Part shown: positions 28,005-36,954 of the stretch, in pieces
Layout: every line of letters begins with the position of its first letter
Numbering within the stretch: the stretch's first letter is position 1
Made by a program: the position numbers and the translations under genes
Notes under the pieces: model-generated
Databases searched by the model: none
Told to the model about the DNA's origin: nothing
Seen by the model: only the letters and a program-made list of their open reading frames with translations
NCBI GenBank assembly: GCA_964549305.1
Contig: CAZJVM010000018.1
Location: 1 to 46,380 of the forward strand
Source of the DNA: an uncultured bacterium
Lineage (GTDB): Bacteria > Schekmanbacteria > GWA2-38-11 > J061
Length of the DNA stretch: 46,380 nt
Direction: 5' to 3'

Positions 28005-28608
28005 TATAAACAGGATTCATTTAAAAAAATGCCCCCTGATTATCGTGATTTCGGCTCCCTCGGGGTCGGGGAAAACGACACTTTTGAATAACCTCAGCAG
28101 GACCAATAAAAATTTAAAATATTCCATATCATATACCACGAGGGCAATAAGAAGGGGAGAGACAAATCATAAGCATTATCATTTTATTGACAGAGAAAAG
28201 TTTATTCAATTGAAAAATAAAAAATTTTTTGCGGAATGGGCGCTTGTTTACGGTAATTATTACGCTACTGCAAAGGACGATATAGAGAAGATGCTCTCCC
28301 GAGGTTTTGACATCGTAATGGACTTGGATACAAAAGGTGCCCGCAGTATTAAAAAGATATTTAAAAATTCTGTTTCAATTTTTGTCATTCCTCCCACTCT
28401 CGGTGATTTAAAAAAACGCCTTAAAATGCGCAACAGCGATACTAAAGAAGAAATTGAAAAAAGGTATGGAATGGCGCTTAAAGAAATTTTAAAAATTCCC
28501 CGCTATGATTATATTGTTGTAAACGATACGGTTGCCAAAGCATCGAAGAGAATTTTGTCTATTATTGAATCGGAAAAAAGAAGGGTTTTCAGGGTTTTAA
28601 ATGACTGA
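27985..28608 (+). CDS. gmk: Guanylate kinase
   Basis: [44 protein letters not shown]; exact start uncertain. Confidence 0.95.
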   Translation: MKTQKIDINRIHLKKCPLIIVISAPSGSGKTTLLNNLSRTNKNLKYSISYTTRAIRRGETNHKHYHFIDREKFIQLKNKKFFAEWALVYGNYYATAKDDIEKMLSRGFDIVMDLDTKGARSIKKIFKNSVSIFVIPPTLGDLKKRLKMRNSDTKEEIEKRYGMALKEILKIPRYDYIVVNDTVAKASKRILSIIESEKRRVFRVLND

Positions 28609-29236
28609 AAAAAATAACAAGGATGTTGTCCTTGCTTCGGCATCTCCGAGAAGAATAGCGCTTCTAAAAAAATTTATTCCTTCCTTAAAAGTCGTATCCC
28701 CGGATATTGATGAAGTGCATATGGAAGGGGAAAGCCATAGGGAATTCATAAAAAGAATATCCTTTGAAAAAGCTTTAGCCGTATCGAAACAAATTTCCAA
28801 TGCTCTCATTATTGCGGCAGATACTGTTGTTGTGACTGATGGTGAAATTTTTGGAAAACCGGCGGATAAGAACAAAGCGAAAAATATGCTCAGCAAACTT
28901 TTGGGGAAAAGGCATTCGGTTTTTACCGGTATAACCGTTTTTGATGTATCGTCGGGGGAATCGCTTACCGATACTGTTTGTACAGATGTTTATATGGATA
29001 ACCTTTCCGAAAAGGAATTGGAGTTTTATGTGGATAGTTTGGAACCTTTTGATAAGGCGGGAGGATACGGAATTCAGGACATTGCATCGCTCTTTATCAA
29101 AAAGATAAACGGCGATTATTTTAACGTGGTGGGTCTTCCGCTATTCAAGCTAAAAAAAATAATGGAGAGTTTTGGAGTAAATCTTATTGAATCAGCATCT
29201 TTGGCAAAAAACGAATCGAAGGAAAATCAGCGCTAA
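28601..29236 (+). CDS. maf: Maf family nucleotide pyrophosphatase
   Basis: VLASASPRR, AADTVV, GKP, DKAGGYGIQ, GDYFNVVGLP. Confidence 0.94.
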   Translation: MTEKNNKDVVLASASPRRIALLKKFIPSLKVVSPDIDEVHMEGESHREFIKRISFEKALAVSKQISNALIIAADTVVVTDGEIFGKPADKNKAKNMLSKLLGKRHSVFTGITVFDVSSGESLTDTVCTDVYMDNLSEKELEFYVDSLEPFDKAGGYGIQDIASLFIKKINGDYFNVVGLPLFKLKKIMESFGVNLIESASLAKNESKENQR

Positions 29237-29313
29237 AGAATTAAAAAAGATAGAATATTTATCCGTTAATATAAATTTTAAAATCCTTAACAGGCAGTCC
29301 GGCAATTAGAGTT

Positions 29314-29601
29314 ATGGAAATCGTCTTAAAAATAAAGCTAATTCCTAAATCTTCAAAAAGAGGAATTATTGCCGATGAGGAAGGAGTGCTTCGGGTCAAA
29401 GTCAACTCTCCTCCAGTTGACGGAAAGGCAAATGCCGAGTGCATTAAACTTCTTGCCCGGGAATTTAAAATAGCAAAAAGCAAGATTGAAATAACAAGCG
29501 GTAAAAAAAACAGAGAAAAGCTTTTCAGGATTTATGATATTGAGAAAAAAGATATTGAGTTTATAAAGGGTTTTTTTAAAAAACAGGAGAATCAGCAATG
29601 A
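29314..29601 (+). CDS. yggU: DUF167 / YggU family protein
   Basis: PKSS, LRVKVNSPPVDGKANAE...LA..F.I.KS.IEI.SG...REK. Confidence 0.9.
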   Translation: MEIVLKIKLIPKSSKRGIIADEEGVLRVKVNSPPVDGKANAECIKLLAREFKIAKSKIEITSGKKNREKLFRIYDIEKKDIEFIKGFFKKQENQQ

Positions 29602-30638
29602 TTAGACCGGTTATATGGAAAAACGGAGCGGTGAGGCTTATAGACCAGACAAAGCTTCCTTCAAAGGAAGTTTATGTCAATTGCAGAACGGTTGAACAGG
29701 TTGCCAATGCCATTGAAACAATGATTGTGCGCGGCGCGCCGGCAATAGGCGTTACCGCGGCAATGGGAGTTGCGGTTTCCGCCTGTAAAAACATTTCAAA
29801 ATCAAAAAAATATTTTGTGGCGCAGTTAAGGCGTGATATCAAAAGGCTTGCGAAGACAAGGCCCACGGCGGTTAATCTTTTCTGGGCCCTTGAAAGGATG
29901 GAAGCCATTATAAAAAGCAGTTTACCCGGTGAAAGTGTTAAGTCTCTTGCGCAAAGGATAAAGACGGAAGCTGTTACGATTGGTGATGATGACATAGAAA
30001 TAAACAAACTCATGGGAAAGTTTGGAGCAAAGCTTTTCAAAAAAGGAGATACGGTTTTAACGCACTGTAATGCCGGCGCTCTCGCAACTGCGGGGTTTGG
30101 TACCGCTCTTGGAGTTATCAGGGCGGCAGTGGAAGAGGGGAAAAAAATTCAGGTTATAGCGGACGAGACAAGACCTCTGCTTCAGGGCGCGCGGTTGACG
30201 GCGTGGGAGTTAAAAAAAGACAGAATTCCGGTTACTCTCATTACGGACAATATGGCGGGATATCTTTTCGGGGAAGGGCTTATTGACAAGGTGATAGTGG
30301 GCGCGGACAGAATTGCGGCAAACGGTGATGTGGCAAACAAAATAGGCACCTACAATGTGGCGCTTCTTGCTTATCATCATAAAGTCCCTTTTTATGTCGC
30401 GGCGCCTTTATCTACCATTGACAGGTCCTTGAAAAGCGGAAAGGAAATTCCCATTGAGGAGAGAAAAAACAATGAAGTTACAACGGTGCGCGGCAGAGAT
30501 ATCGCTCCTTCAGGGATTAAAGTAAGAAATCCGGCATTTGACGTTACACCTTCAAAATATGTTGCCGCTATAATTACGGAAAAGGGTGTTTTGAAAAAGC
30601 CCTTTAAAAAATCCATTAATGGGGCATTCAGAAAATAA
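29598..30638 (+). CDS. mtnA: S-methyl-5-thioribose-1-phosphate isomerase
   Basis: IDQTKLP, VRGAPAIG, RPTAVNL, LTHCNAGALAT, ETRPLLQGARLT, GADRIAANGD.ANKIGTY, NPAFDVTP. Confidence 0.96.
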   Translation: MIRPVIWKNGAVRLIDQTKLPSKEVYVNCRTVEQVANAIETMIVRGAPAIGVTAAMGVAVSACKNISKSKKYFVAQLRRDIKRLAKTRPTAVNLFWALERMEAIIKSSLPGESVKSLAQRIKTEAVTIGDDDIEINKLMGKFGAKLFKKGDTVLTHCNAGALATAGFGTALGVIRAAVEEGKKIQVIADETRPLLQGARLTAWELKKDRIPVTLITDNMAGYLFGEGLIDKVIVGADRIAANGDVANKIGTYNVALLAYHHKVPFYVAAPLSTIDRSLKSGKEIPIEERKNNEVTTVRGRDIAPSGIKVRNPAFDVTPSKYVAAIITEKGVLKKPFKKSINGAFRK

Positions 30639-30677
30639 AGAATAGTCTCCGAAGGAAAATCATTAGCGGGAGTTCAT

Positions 30678-32015
30678 TCAATTTCCGCTAACGGCAAGTC
30701 CCGATATCCTGAGTGCCGGTGCGCCTATTCTGCCGATAAATCGGATTTTGTTTTCTATCATTTCGATATTCTTTATCATGTCAATCACATTTCCTGCCAT
30801 CATCACTCCCCGCACTGGCGAAGCTATTTTACCCGATTCAATGAGCATTCCTTCAACACCGAAAGAAAAATCTCCCGTTACGGGATCTGCAGTATGGACA
30901 CCCATTGCTTCAGTCACATAGAGACCCTTGTCGATTGACGATATCATTTCTTCAAAGGGCGCGGTTTTTTCCGCTTTTACGAAAAGGTTTGATATTCCCA
31001 CGGAAGGCGTAGCTTTGTAGCTCGATCTGAAACCGTTTCCCGTTGATTCCCTTTTATCTTTGTTTGCCGTATATGTGTCATACAAATAGTTTTTCAAAAA
31101 TCCCTTGTCTATGAGAATGGTTTCTTTGACCGGGACTCCTTCCGAATCTCCCCCAAAGCATGTGATCGCGTCATTGTGAAATCCGTTGTCCTCGAGTGAC
31201 ATTATCGGAGATGCGACTTGAGTCTCCTTTTTGTTTTGAAACATGGATTTCCCTTTCTGTATCTGATCCGCGCAAAGCGAAGAAGAGAGAAGAGCAAGAA
31301 ATTCCATAGTTACGATATTATCGAGAATTACCGGATAATTTCCCGTTGAAACAGGTTTTGCTCCGATCATTCTTACGGCTTTTTGCGCTGCCGTGATTCC
31401 GGTTTTTTCAATATCGAGATTTTTTATTGATTTTGCGGAATCAAGTTCCCATCCGGTTTCCATAGTCCCTTGCTCTTCGGCAACAAATGTAACACTGCAT
31501 CCGCACATCGAACCTTCGTGACTGAAATCTATTCCCAAAGTGTTTCGCACAATTACTTCAAATTTGCTTTCCCTGTAGGAACTCTTGTTTGTCTTTGTTA
31601 TTCGTTTGTCGAAATTCAGCCCACATTTTTCAAGTTTCATTGCCGCGTCTATCTTTTCGTCAAGGGAAACATTATCGGAATTGTATTGGCAGGAATTATA
31701 TTCAGCATAAGCGATATTTCTGTTTTTTGGAAGCTTCCGTGAGGATTCCTCTCCCGAGTATGCGAGGCTTTTCAAAGCGTTGTCGATACTTTGATCGATT
31801 ATTTCTTCCGATATTCCGGAAAAGCAGGAAAATCCCATTTTCCCTTTATTCATCACTCTTATTCCTATTCCGAAATCATCGGATTTTTCAAATGCCTTTA
31901 TTTCCTGTTTTTCTACTTCAATGGAAAGTCCTTTTGTCCTGCTGAGATAGACTTCGGCTTCCACATTATGTTTGTCTTTTATTTTTTTTAATATGTTATC
32001 TGCAAATTCCTGCAT
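30678..32015 (-). CDS. pmbA: TldD/PmbA family protein, PmbA (TldE) type
   Basis: GIGIRV, GNYPVILD, DSEGVP, STGNG.R, TGDFSFG, PV.GVM.AGN; no HExxGH motif. Confidence 0.88.
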   Translation of the reverse strand: MQEFADNILKKIKDKHNVEAEVYLSRTKGLSIEVEKQEIKAFEKSDDFGIGIRVMNKGKMGFSCFSGISEEIIDQSIDNALKSLAYSGEESSRKLPKNRNIAYAEYNSCQYNSDNVSLDEKIDAAMKLEKCGLNFDKRITKTNKSSYRESKFEVIVRNTLGIDFSHEGSMCGCSVTFVAEEQGTMETGWELDSAKSIKNLDIEKTGITAAQKAVRMIGAKPVSTGNYPVILDNIVTMEFLALLSSSLCADQIQKGKSMFQNKKETQVASPIMSLEDNGFHNDAITCFGGDSEGVPVKETILIDKGFLKNYLYDTYTANKDKRESTGNGFRSSYKATPSVGISNLFVKAEKTAPFEEMISSIDKGLYVTEAMGVHTADPVTGDFSFGVEGMLIESGKIASPVRGVMMAGNVIDMIKNIEMIENKIRFIGRIGAPALRISGLAVSGN

Positions 32016-32494
32016 TACTTTCCTTTCCTTGAAATTATTTTCATCATTGCAATTTCATCACAGAGGGGGAATTTATGGCATTTTACGCATTCTCCCCAAA
32101 CTTTTTGAGGAAGCTTGGACTTGTCTATCTTTTTAAATCCGTTGGCTTCGAAAAAATCCGGAACATAGGTTAGACAGAAGAGCGATGAAATGCCCATATT
32201 CCTCGTTTCTGTTTCCACATGGTTTAACAGGAGTGTCCCGATGCCTTTCTTTGTTTCTTTTTTCATAACTGCGAGAGAGCAGATTTCCGCAAGGTCCTTC
32301 CAATATATTTTCAGACAGCAGGCGCCGATTATTTTATCCTTCTTTCCGCAAATGAAATAGTCGCGTATGTTTTCGTATATTTCACTAAGAGACTTTTTAA
32401 TCATAAGTCCCTTTTCACTGTATCTGTTCACCAATGACTGAATAGCTTCGGCGTCTTCCATCCTGGCGCTTCTAATCAATAAATTCTGCGGCAT
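32015..32494 (-). CDS. argA: Short GNAT amino-acid N-acetyltransferase (N-acetylglutamate synthase)
   Basis: IYENIRDY, WKDLAEICSLAV, GIG, FCLTYVPDFF, LPQKVWGECVKC.KFP.CDEIA. Confidence 0.85.
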   Translation of the reverse strand: MPQNLLIRSARMEDAEAIQSLVNRYSEKGLMIKKSLSEIYENIRDYFICGKKDKIIGACCLKIYWKDLAEICSLAVMKKETKKGIGTLLLNHVETETRNMGISSLFCLTYVPDFFEANGFKKIDKSKLPQKVWGECVKCHKFPLCDEIAMMKIISRKGK

Positions 32495-32586
32495 TTTGCA
32501 GTCCTTTTCAATTACTTGATTTTTAACAAGATATCAGGAATTTAATCGCTGATAACAGATATTCTTTTATATCATTATTTTTTTTA

Positions 32587-32615
32587 AATCTACATGAAAG
32601 AATAAGCGGAGTCAA
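32587..32615 (-). promoter_or_regulatory. Candidate sigma70 promoter for argA-pmbA
   Basis: Minus strand TTGACT-N17-TAGATT. Confidence 0.45.
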
Positions 32616-32792
32616 ATATTCTAAATAAAGGCAATAAAGTTAAAAATAGTAAATAAATATACAATAATAGTGGAAGTGGGTGTTCCTTAAAGCGGAAGAA
32701 AAAAGCTTTAATACAGCCAAGTCCTTTCCGATAGTTTTCCCTCACGTATAAAAAATTTAAAGCCTCTTTATCAGTATCTTACAGAGCAATTT

Positions 32793-35700
32793 ATGAGTGA
32801 AAAACTAAACAAAAAAGTTGCGGTTTCAGACAAAAGCGAAAAGATATCTTCCGAAAAAAGACATTTAAAGGCGGAAGATAAATTTTATAAACTATTCAAT
32901 TTTGCAAATGATGCCGTTTTTATCATCGATATTGAAACGGGAATGATTGTCGATGCCAACAGGAAAACCGGAGAAATCATAGGATGTCATCCCGATGAAT
33001 TATTAGGTATGCACCACACAAAAATATATCCTGCCAAAGACCGCAAAACATATTCAGAGATGTTTCAAAACCTCAATGACGGTGACAGCTTTATTGCCAA
33101 TAACATTGTTCTGTCAGGGAAAGACGGAGAGAAATTACCCGTTGAATTAAGCGCAAGCGTGATAGACATAAACGGGCGCAAAGTAATGAAGGCAATTTTC
33201 CGGGATATCGAGGTACGGAAAAAAATAGAAAGTAACCTTCTTGAAACGCAGGAAAAATTATCCGACGAAGTAAATAACAATGTTTTTGAACTTGCCAAAG
33301 CAATTAAGGTTATTCAGTCGGAATTCAGAAAACGCAGGGAAGCAGAAAAAAAGTATGACAATCTGAATAATTATAATGACCTTATCCTCAATTCTGCAGG
33401 TGACGGAATATGCGGTCTTGACAAAAAGGGAGACATTACATTCTTAAATCCCGCAGGGGCAAGAATGCTCGGTTGGACAAAGGATGAACTTGTTAATAAG
33501 AATTTTCATAAACTGTTTCATCATATACGCAAGAACGGACATTTTCTTGAATGGAAAGATTGCCCTATAAAAATCACTCTTTCAGAAGGAATAACAAGTC
33601 ACGCGGAAGATGATTATTTCTCAAGGAAGGACGGCTCCTTGTTTCCCGTTGATTATCTCTGTACACCCATTTTTGAAAACGGCGAGATTCTCGGAGCTGT
33701 TTTAACCTTCAGCGATATCAGCGAACAAAAAAGAAGCGAAGAGCAACTTAAACTCACTCAGGCAATACTTGATAATGTGGGAGATACAGCGTGTCTCATA
33801 GGTGATGACGGGAAATTTATTTACGTTAACAATTCTTTCTGTACGAGCATCGGTTATTCCCGGGAAGAGATGCTTCATATGAGGGTGCCGGATATAGACC
33901 CTCTTTTTCCTGAAGAAGTATGGGATGAGCATTGGGAAACAGTAAAAAAAAGAGGCACGATGACTTTTGAATCGGCACATAAAACAAAAGATGGGAAGAT
34001 TTATCCCGTTGAACTTACCGTTAATTTCCTTAACTATAACTCAAAGGAATACATAATCGCTTTTGCAAGGGATATCAGATTCAGAAAAAAATCACTGGAA
34101 GCGTTGAAGGAATCGGAATTAAAGTTTCGCTCAGTGGCACAGACAGCAAGTGACGGGATAATTTCAATTGATTCTGAAGGAATTGTCGTTTCATGGAATA
34201 GAGGAGCGGAACGGATTTTCGGGTTTAAAGCAGGTGAGATAGAAGGAAAGTCCCTTGCACTTGTAATTCCTGAAAGATTCAAAGAAAAATTCAAATCAGG
34301 ATTCGGATATATTGTAGATTCGGAAGACAGGTCGTTTATGGACAAATCCGTCGAATTAACAGGTCTGAGAAAAGACGGCGAAGAATTCCCTCTTGAGCTG
34401 TCCATTGCTTTCTGGAAAAGCAATAACAAAGTTTTTTTCAGCGCCATAATCAGAGATATTACGCAGCGCAAAGAATCTGAAAAAGAAATTAAAATGCATG
34501 CCGCACGTGCTGAATCATTGGTGAGGGCGGCAACAAGCCTTAATTCGTGTATCGAATATGAGAAGGTGCTTGAGACAGTTTGCACTGAGACTGCAAAAGC
34601 ATTGGACGCGCCTGCTGTTTCACTTTTTCTTTATGATGATGTTACGGACACTTTTCAATATTCGGCAAGCCGTGGACTGCCTCACGTTTATGATGAGAAG
34701 GTATCTCCTTTAACGGGAGAGATTTATAACAGATATTTCAAAGTTGAAGAACAGGTTACGTTGATCAGCGATTTGAATGAAATACCGGAAATGGTTAACT
34801 GCGACCTTTATAAATCTCTGAGAGTGAATATGATTGCAACGGCAACTATGGTTCGCGAAAACAATGTTGTGGGTTTTATACAGGTGCTGTGGTTTGATGA
34901 CAGGCAATCTTTAAACAAAAACGAGACGGAACTTTTAAAGGGTCTTGCTCATCTTTCTGCACTTGCCCTTTCAAATTCAATACTCTTTAAAAATTCACTC
35001 AGTCACCTTGAAAAGCTTCAGGCGCTTCACGACATAGATAATACAATAGCAACTAATATCGATCTTAAGTCGACGCTTGACATTATTTTAAGCACTGTAA
35101 GATCTCATCTCGGTGTAGATGCCGCGGATATACTTCTTCTTGACAGCGAATATAGACGGTTTGAATGTGTTGCATCGATGGGTTTCAGAAGAGAATACGA
35201 AGGGCTTAGAGGTATAGATACAAATGACGGATATGCCGCACAGGTGCTTTTGAACAATAAAATACAGTTTATTCCAAACATTCAGAATTCGCCTTTGAAG
35301 GAACTGCGTTTTCAACAATTTGTCACGGAAAAATTGATATCATATTGTGCCGTTCCTCTTTTTGTCAAAGGCGAAATAACGGGAGTACTGGAAGTATTTA
35401 AAAAAACGCTTTTCGACCCCAATATGGAGTGGGTCAGTTATCTCGAAACTCTTGCAGAGCAGGCGGCAATCGCAATTGATAACTGTAATCTTCTCAATGA
35501 ACTGCAAATTTCCAATGTGGAGCTTGAAAGCGCCTATGATACCACTCTTGAAGGATGGTCAAAGGCCCTTGATCTTCGCGATAAAGAAACCGAAGGTCAT
35601 ACACAGCGTGTTGCAGATATGAGTGTGAAGCTGGCGTCCTGCATGAATATCTCCGGTGACGAACTTGTAGATATCAGACGGGGTGCTCTTCTTCACGATA

Positions 35701-36089
35701 TAGGAAAAATGGGAATTCCTGACCGAATTCTGCTGAAGCCTGACAAATTAACGGAAAAAGAGTGGAAGGTTATGAAGATGCATCCTGTTTTTGCCTATGA
35801 ACTTCTTACGCCTATAAGATATTTGAAAAAATCCATTGAAATTCCCTATTGCCATCATGAGAAATGGAGCGGAGAAGGGTATCCGCGCGGATTGAAAGGG
35901 GAAGAGATTCCAATGCCTGCAAGGATATTTGCAGTGGTGGATATATGGGATGCATTGTGCTCCGATCGTCCTTACAGGTCTGCCTGGAATGAAACGAAAG
36001 CAATCGAATATCTGCGCGCTATTGCGGGAGATCACCTTGATCCTGAAATAGTAAAAAAGTTTCTTGAAGTATTGGCCCACTCGATGTAA
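32793..36089 (+). CDS. Multi-PAS (4) / GAF (2) / HD-GYP cyclic-dinucleotide phosphodiesterase
   Basis: Four PAS repeats (KDG...PVE...RDI); two GAF domains; TEGHTQRV, LLHDIGK, HHEKWSGEGYP.GL.GEEIP, ARIFAVVDIWDAL. Confidence 0.93.
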   Translation: MSEKLNKKVAVSDKSEKISSEKRHLKAEDKFYKLFNFANDAVFIIDIETGMIVDANRKTGEIIGCHPDELLGMHHTKIYPAKDRKTYSEMFQNLNDGDSFIANNIVLSGKDGEKLPVELSASVIDINGRKVMKAIFRDIEVRKKIESNLLETQEKLSDEVNNNVFELAKAIKVIQSEFRKRREAEKKYDNLNNYNDLILNSAGDGICGLDKKGDITFLNPAGARMLGWTKDELVNKNFHKLFHHIRKNGHFLEWKDCPIKITLSEGITSHAEDDYFSRKDGSLFPVDYLCTPIFENGEILGAVLTFSDISEQKRSEEQLKLTQAILDNVGDTACLIGDDGKFIYVNNSFCTSIGYSREEMLHMRVPDIDPLFPEEVWDEHWETVKKRGTMTFESAHKTKDGKIYPVELTVNFLNYNSKEYIIAFARDIRFRKKSLEALKESELKFRSVAQTASDGIISIDSEGIVVSWNRGAERIFGFKAGEIEGKSLALVIPERFKEKFKSGFGYIVDSEDRSFMDKSVELTGLRKDGEEFPLELSIAFWKSNNKVFFSAIIRDITQRKESEKEIKMHAARAESLVRAATSLNSCIEYEKVLETVCTETAKALDAPAVSLFLYDDVTDTFQYSASRGLPHVYDEKVSPLTGEIYNRYFKVEEQVTLISDLNEIPEMVNCDLYKSLRVNMIATATMVRENNVVGFIQVLWFDDRQSLNKNETELLKGLAHLSALALSNSILFKNSLSHLEKLQALHDIDNTIATNIDLKSTLDIILSTVRSHLGVDAADILLLDSEYRRFECVASMGFRREYEGLRGIDTNDGYAAQVLLNNKIQFIPNIQNSPLKELRFQQFVTEKLISYCAVPLFVKGEITGVLEVFKKTLFDPNMEWVSYLETLAEQAAIAIDNCNLLNELQISNVELESAYDTTLEGWSKALDLRDKETEGHTQRVADMSVKLASCMNISGDELVDIRRGALLHDIGKMGIPDRILLKPDKLTEKEWKVMKMHPVFAYELLTPIRYLKKSIEIPYCHHEKWSGEGYPRGLKGEEIPMPARIFAVVDIWDALCSDRPYRSAWNETKAIEYLRAIAGDHLDPEIVKKFLEVLAHSM

Positions 36090-36148
36090 AGGTATTGCCT
36101 GATAACAGTTGTCATTCTTGTTTTAATAATCATTTTTTTTAATACCAA

Positions 36149-36922
36149 ATGCTTGATAAATTATTGTCATTAGCCGTGGAATCGGCAAAAGAAGCAGGTG
36201 CCTGTCTTCGCGAAAGATTTGGGAATCGGCACGAAATAATAATGAAACAGGAAATCGATCCCGTTACGGAAGCAGACCTTGAAGCGGAAAAACTCATTAT
36301 AGGAAAAATTAAATCAGCTTTTCCCGATCACTCAATCCTTTCCGAAGAGGCGGGAGAGTATAAGGGAAAGGGAGATATCTGCTGGATAATCGATCCACTT
36401 GACGGAACTACAAATTATTCCCACAATTTCCCTTTTTTTTCGGTTTCCGTTGCTGTTGAAATAAAAGGCGAAGTTGCCGCGGGTACAGTTTATGATCCTT
36501 TGCTCAATGAGCTTTTTACGGCGAAAAAGAATTGCGGAGCTTTTTTAAACGGTGAAAGAATTTCCGTTTCAACAATCGATGATCTTAACAAATCACTTCT
36601 TGCAACGGGATTTCCCTATGATATCAGAGAATCCCGGGAGAACAATCTTGCGCACTTTGAAAATTTTATAATGAAAGTACAGGCAGTGAGAAGGGCAGGG
36701 TCGGCGGCGCTTGACCTCTGTTATGTTGCATGCGGGCGCCTTGACGGATTTTGGGAGCTGAAGCTTAAACCCTGGGATACCGCTGCGGCAGTCCTCATCA
36801 TTGAGGAAAGCGGCGGCAAAGTAACTAAGTTTAACGGCAAAGATTACGGCATTTACGATAAGGAAATTCTTGCGTCAAATAAACTTATTCACAATGATAT
36901 GTCTCAAATTCTTTCATCGTGA
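36149..36922 (+). CDS. suhB: Inositol monophosphatase family protein
   Basis: VTEAD, LSEE, WIIDPLDGTTNY, RRAGSAALDL, PWDTAA. Confidence 0.93.
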   Translation: MLDKLLSLAVESAKEAGACLRERFGNRHEIIMKQEIDPVTEADLEAEKLIIGKIKSAFPDHSILSEEAGEYKGKGDICWIIDPLDGTTNYSHNFPFFSVSVAVEIKGEVAAGTVYDPLLNELFTAKKNCGAFLNGERISVSTIDDLNKSLLATGFPYDIRESRENNLAHFENFIMKVQAVRRAGSAALDLCYVACGRLDGFWELKLKPWDTAAAVLIIEESGGKVTKFNGKDYGIYDKEILASNKLIHNDMSQILSS

Positions 36923-36954
36923 TATTTTGCGCGAATTTCTGTGGCGTTCTCCTT

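Noticed and set aside
32495-32792. Possible c-di-GMP riboswitch upstream of the HD-GYP gene
   Set aside because: I could not find the class I GGCAAA..GAAA..GACGCAAA architecture or a class II core; an Rfam scan would settle it.
34034-34585. 183-aa minus-strand ORF, and similar shadows such as 44717..45226
   Set aside because: Antisense in-register shadows of well-supported genes.
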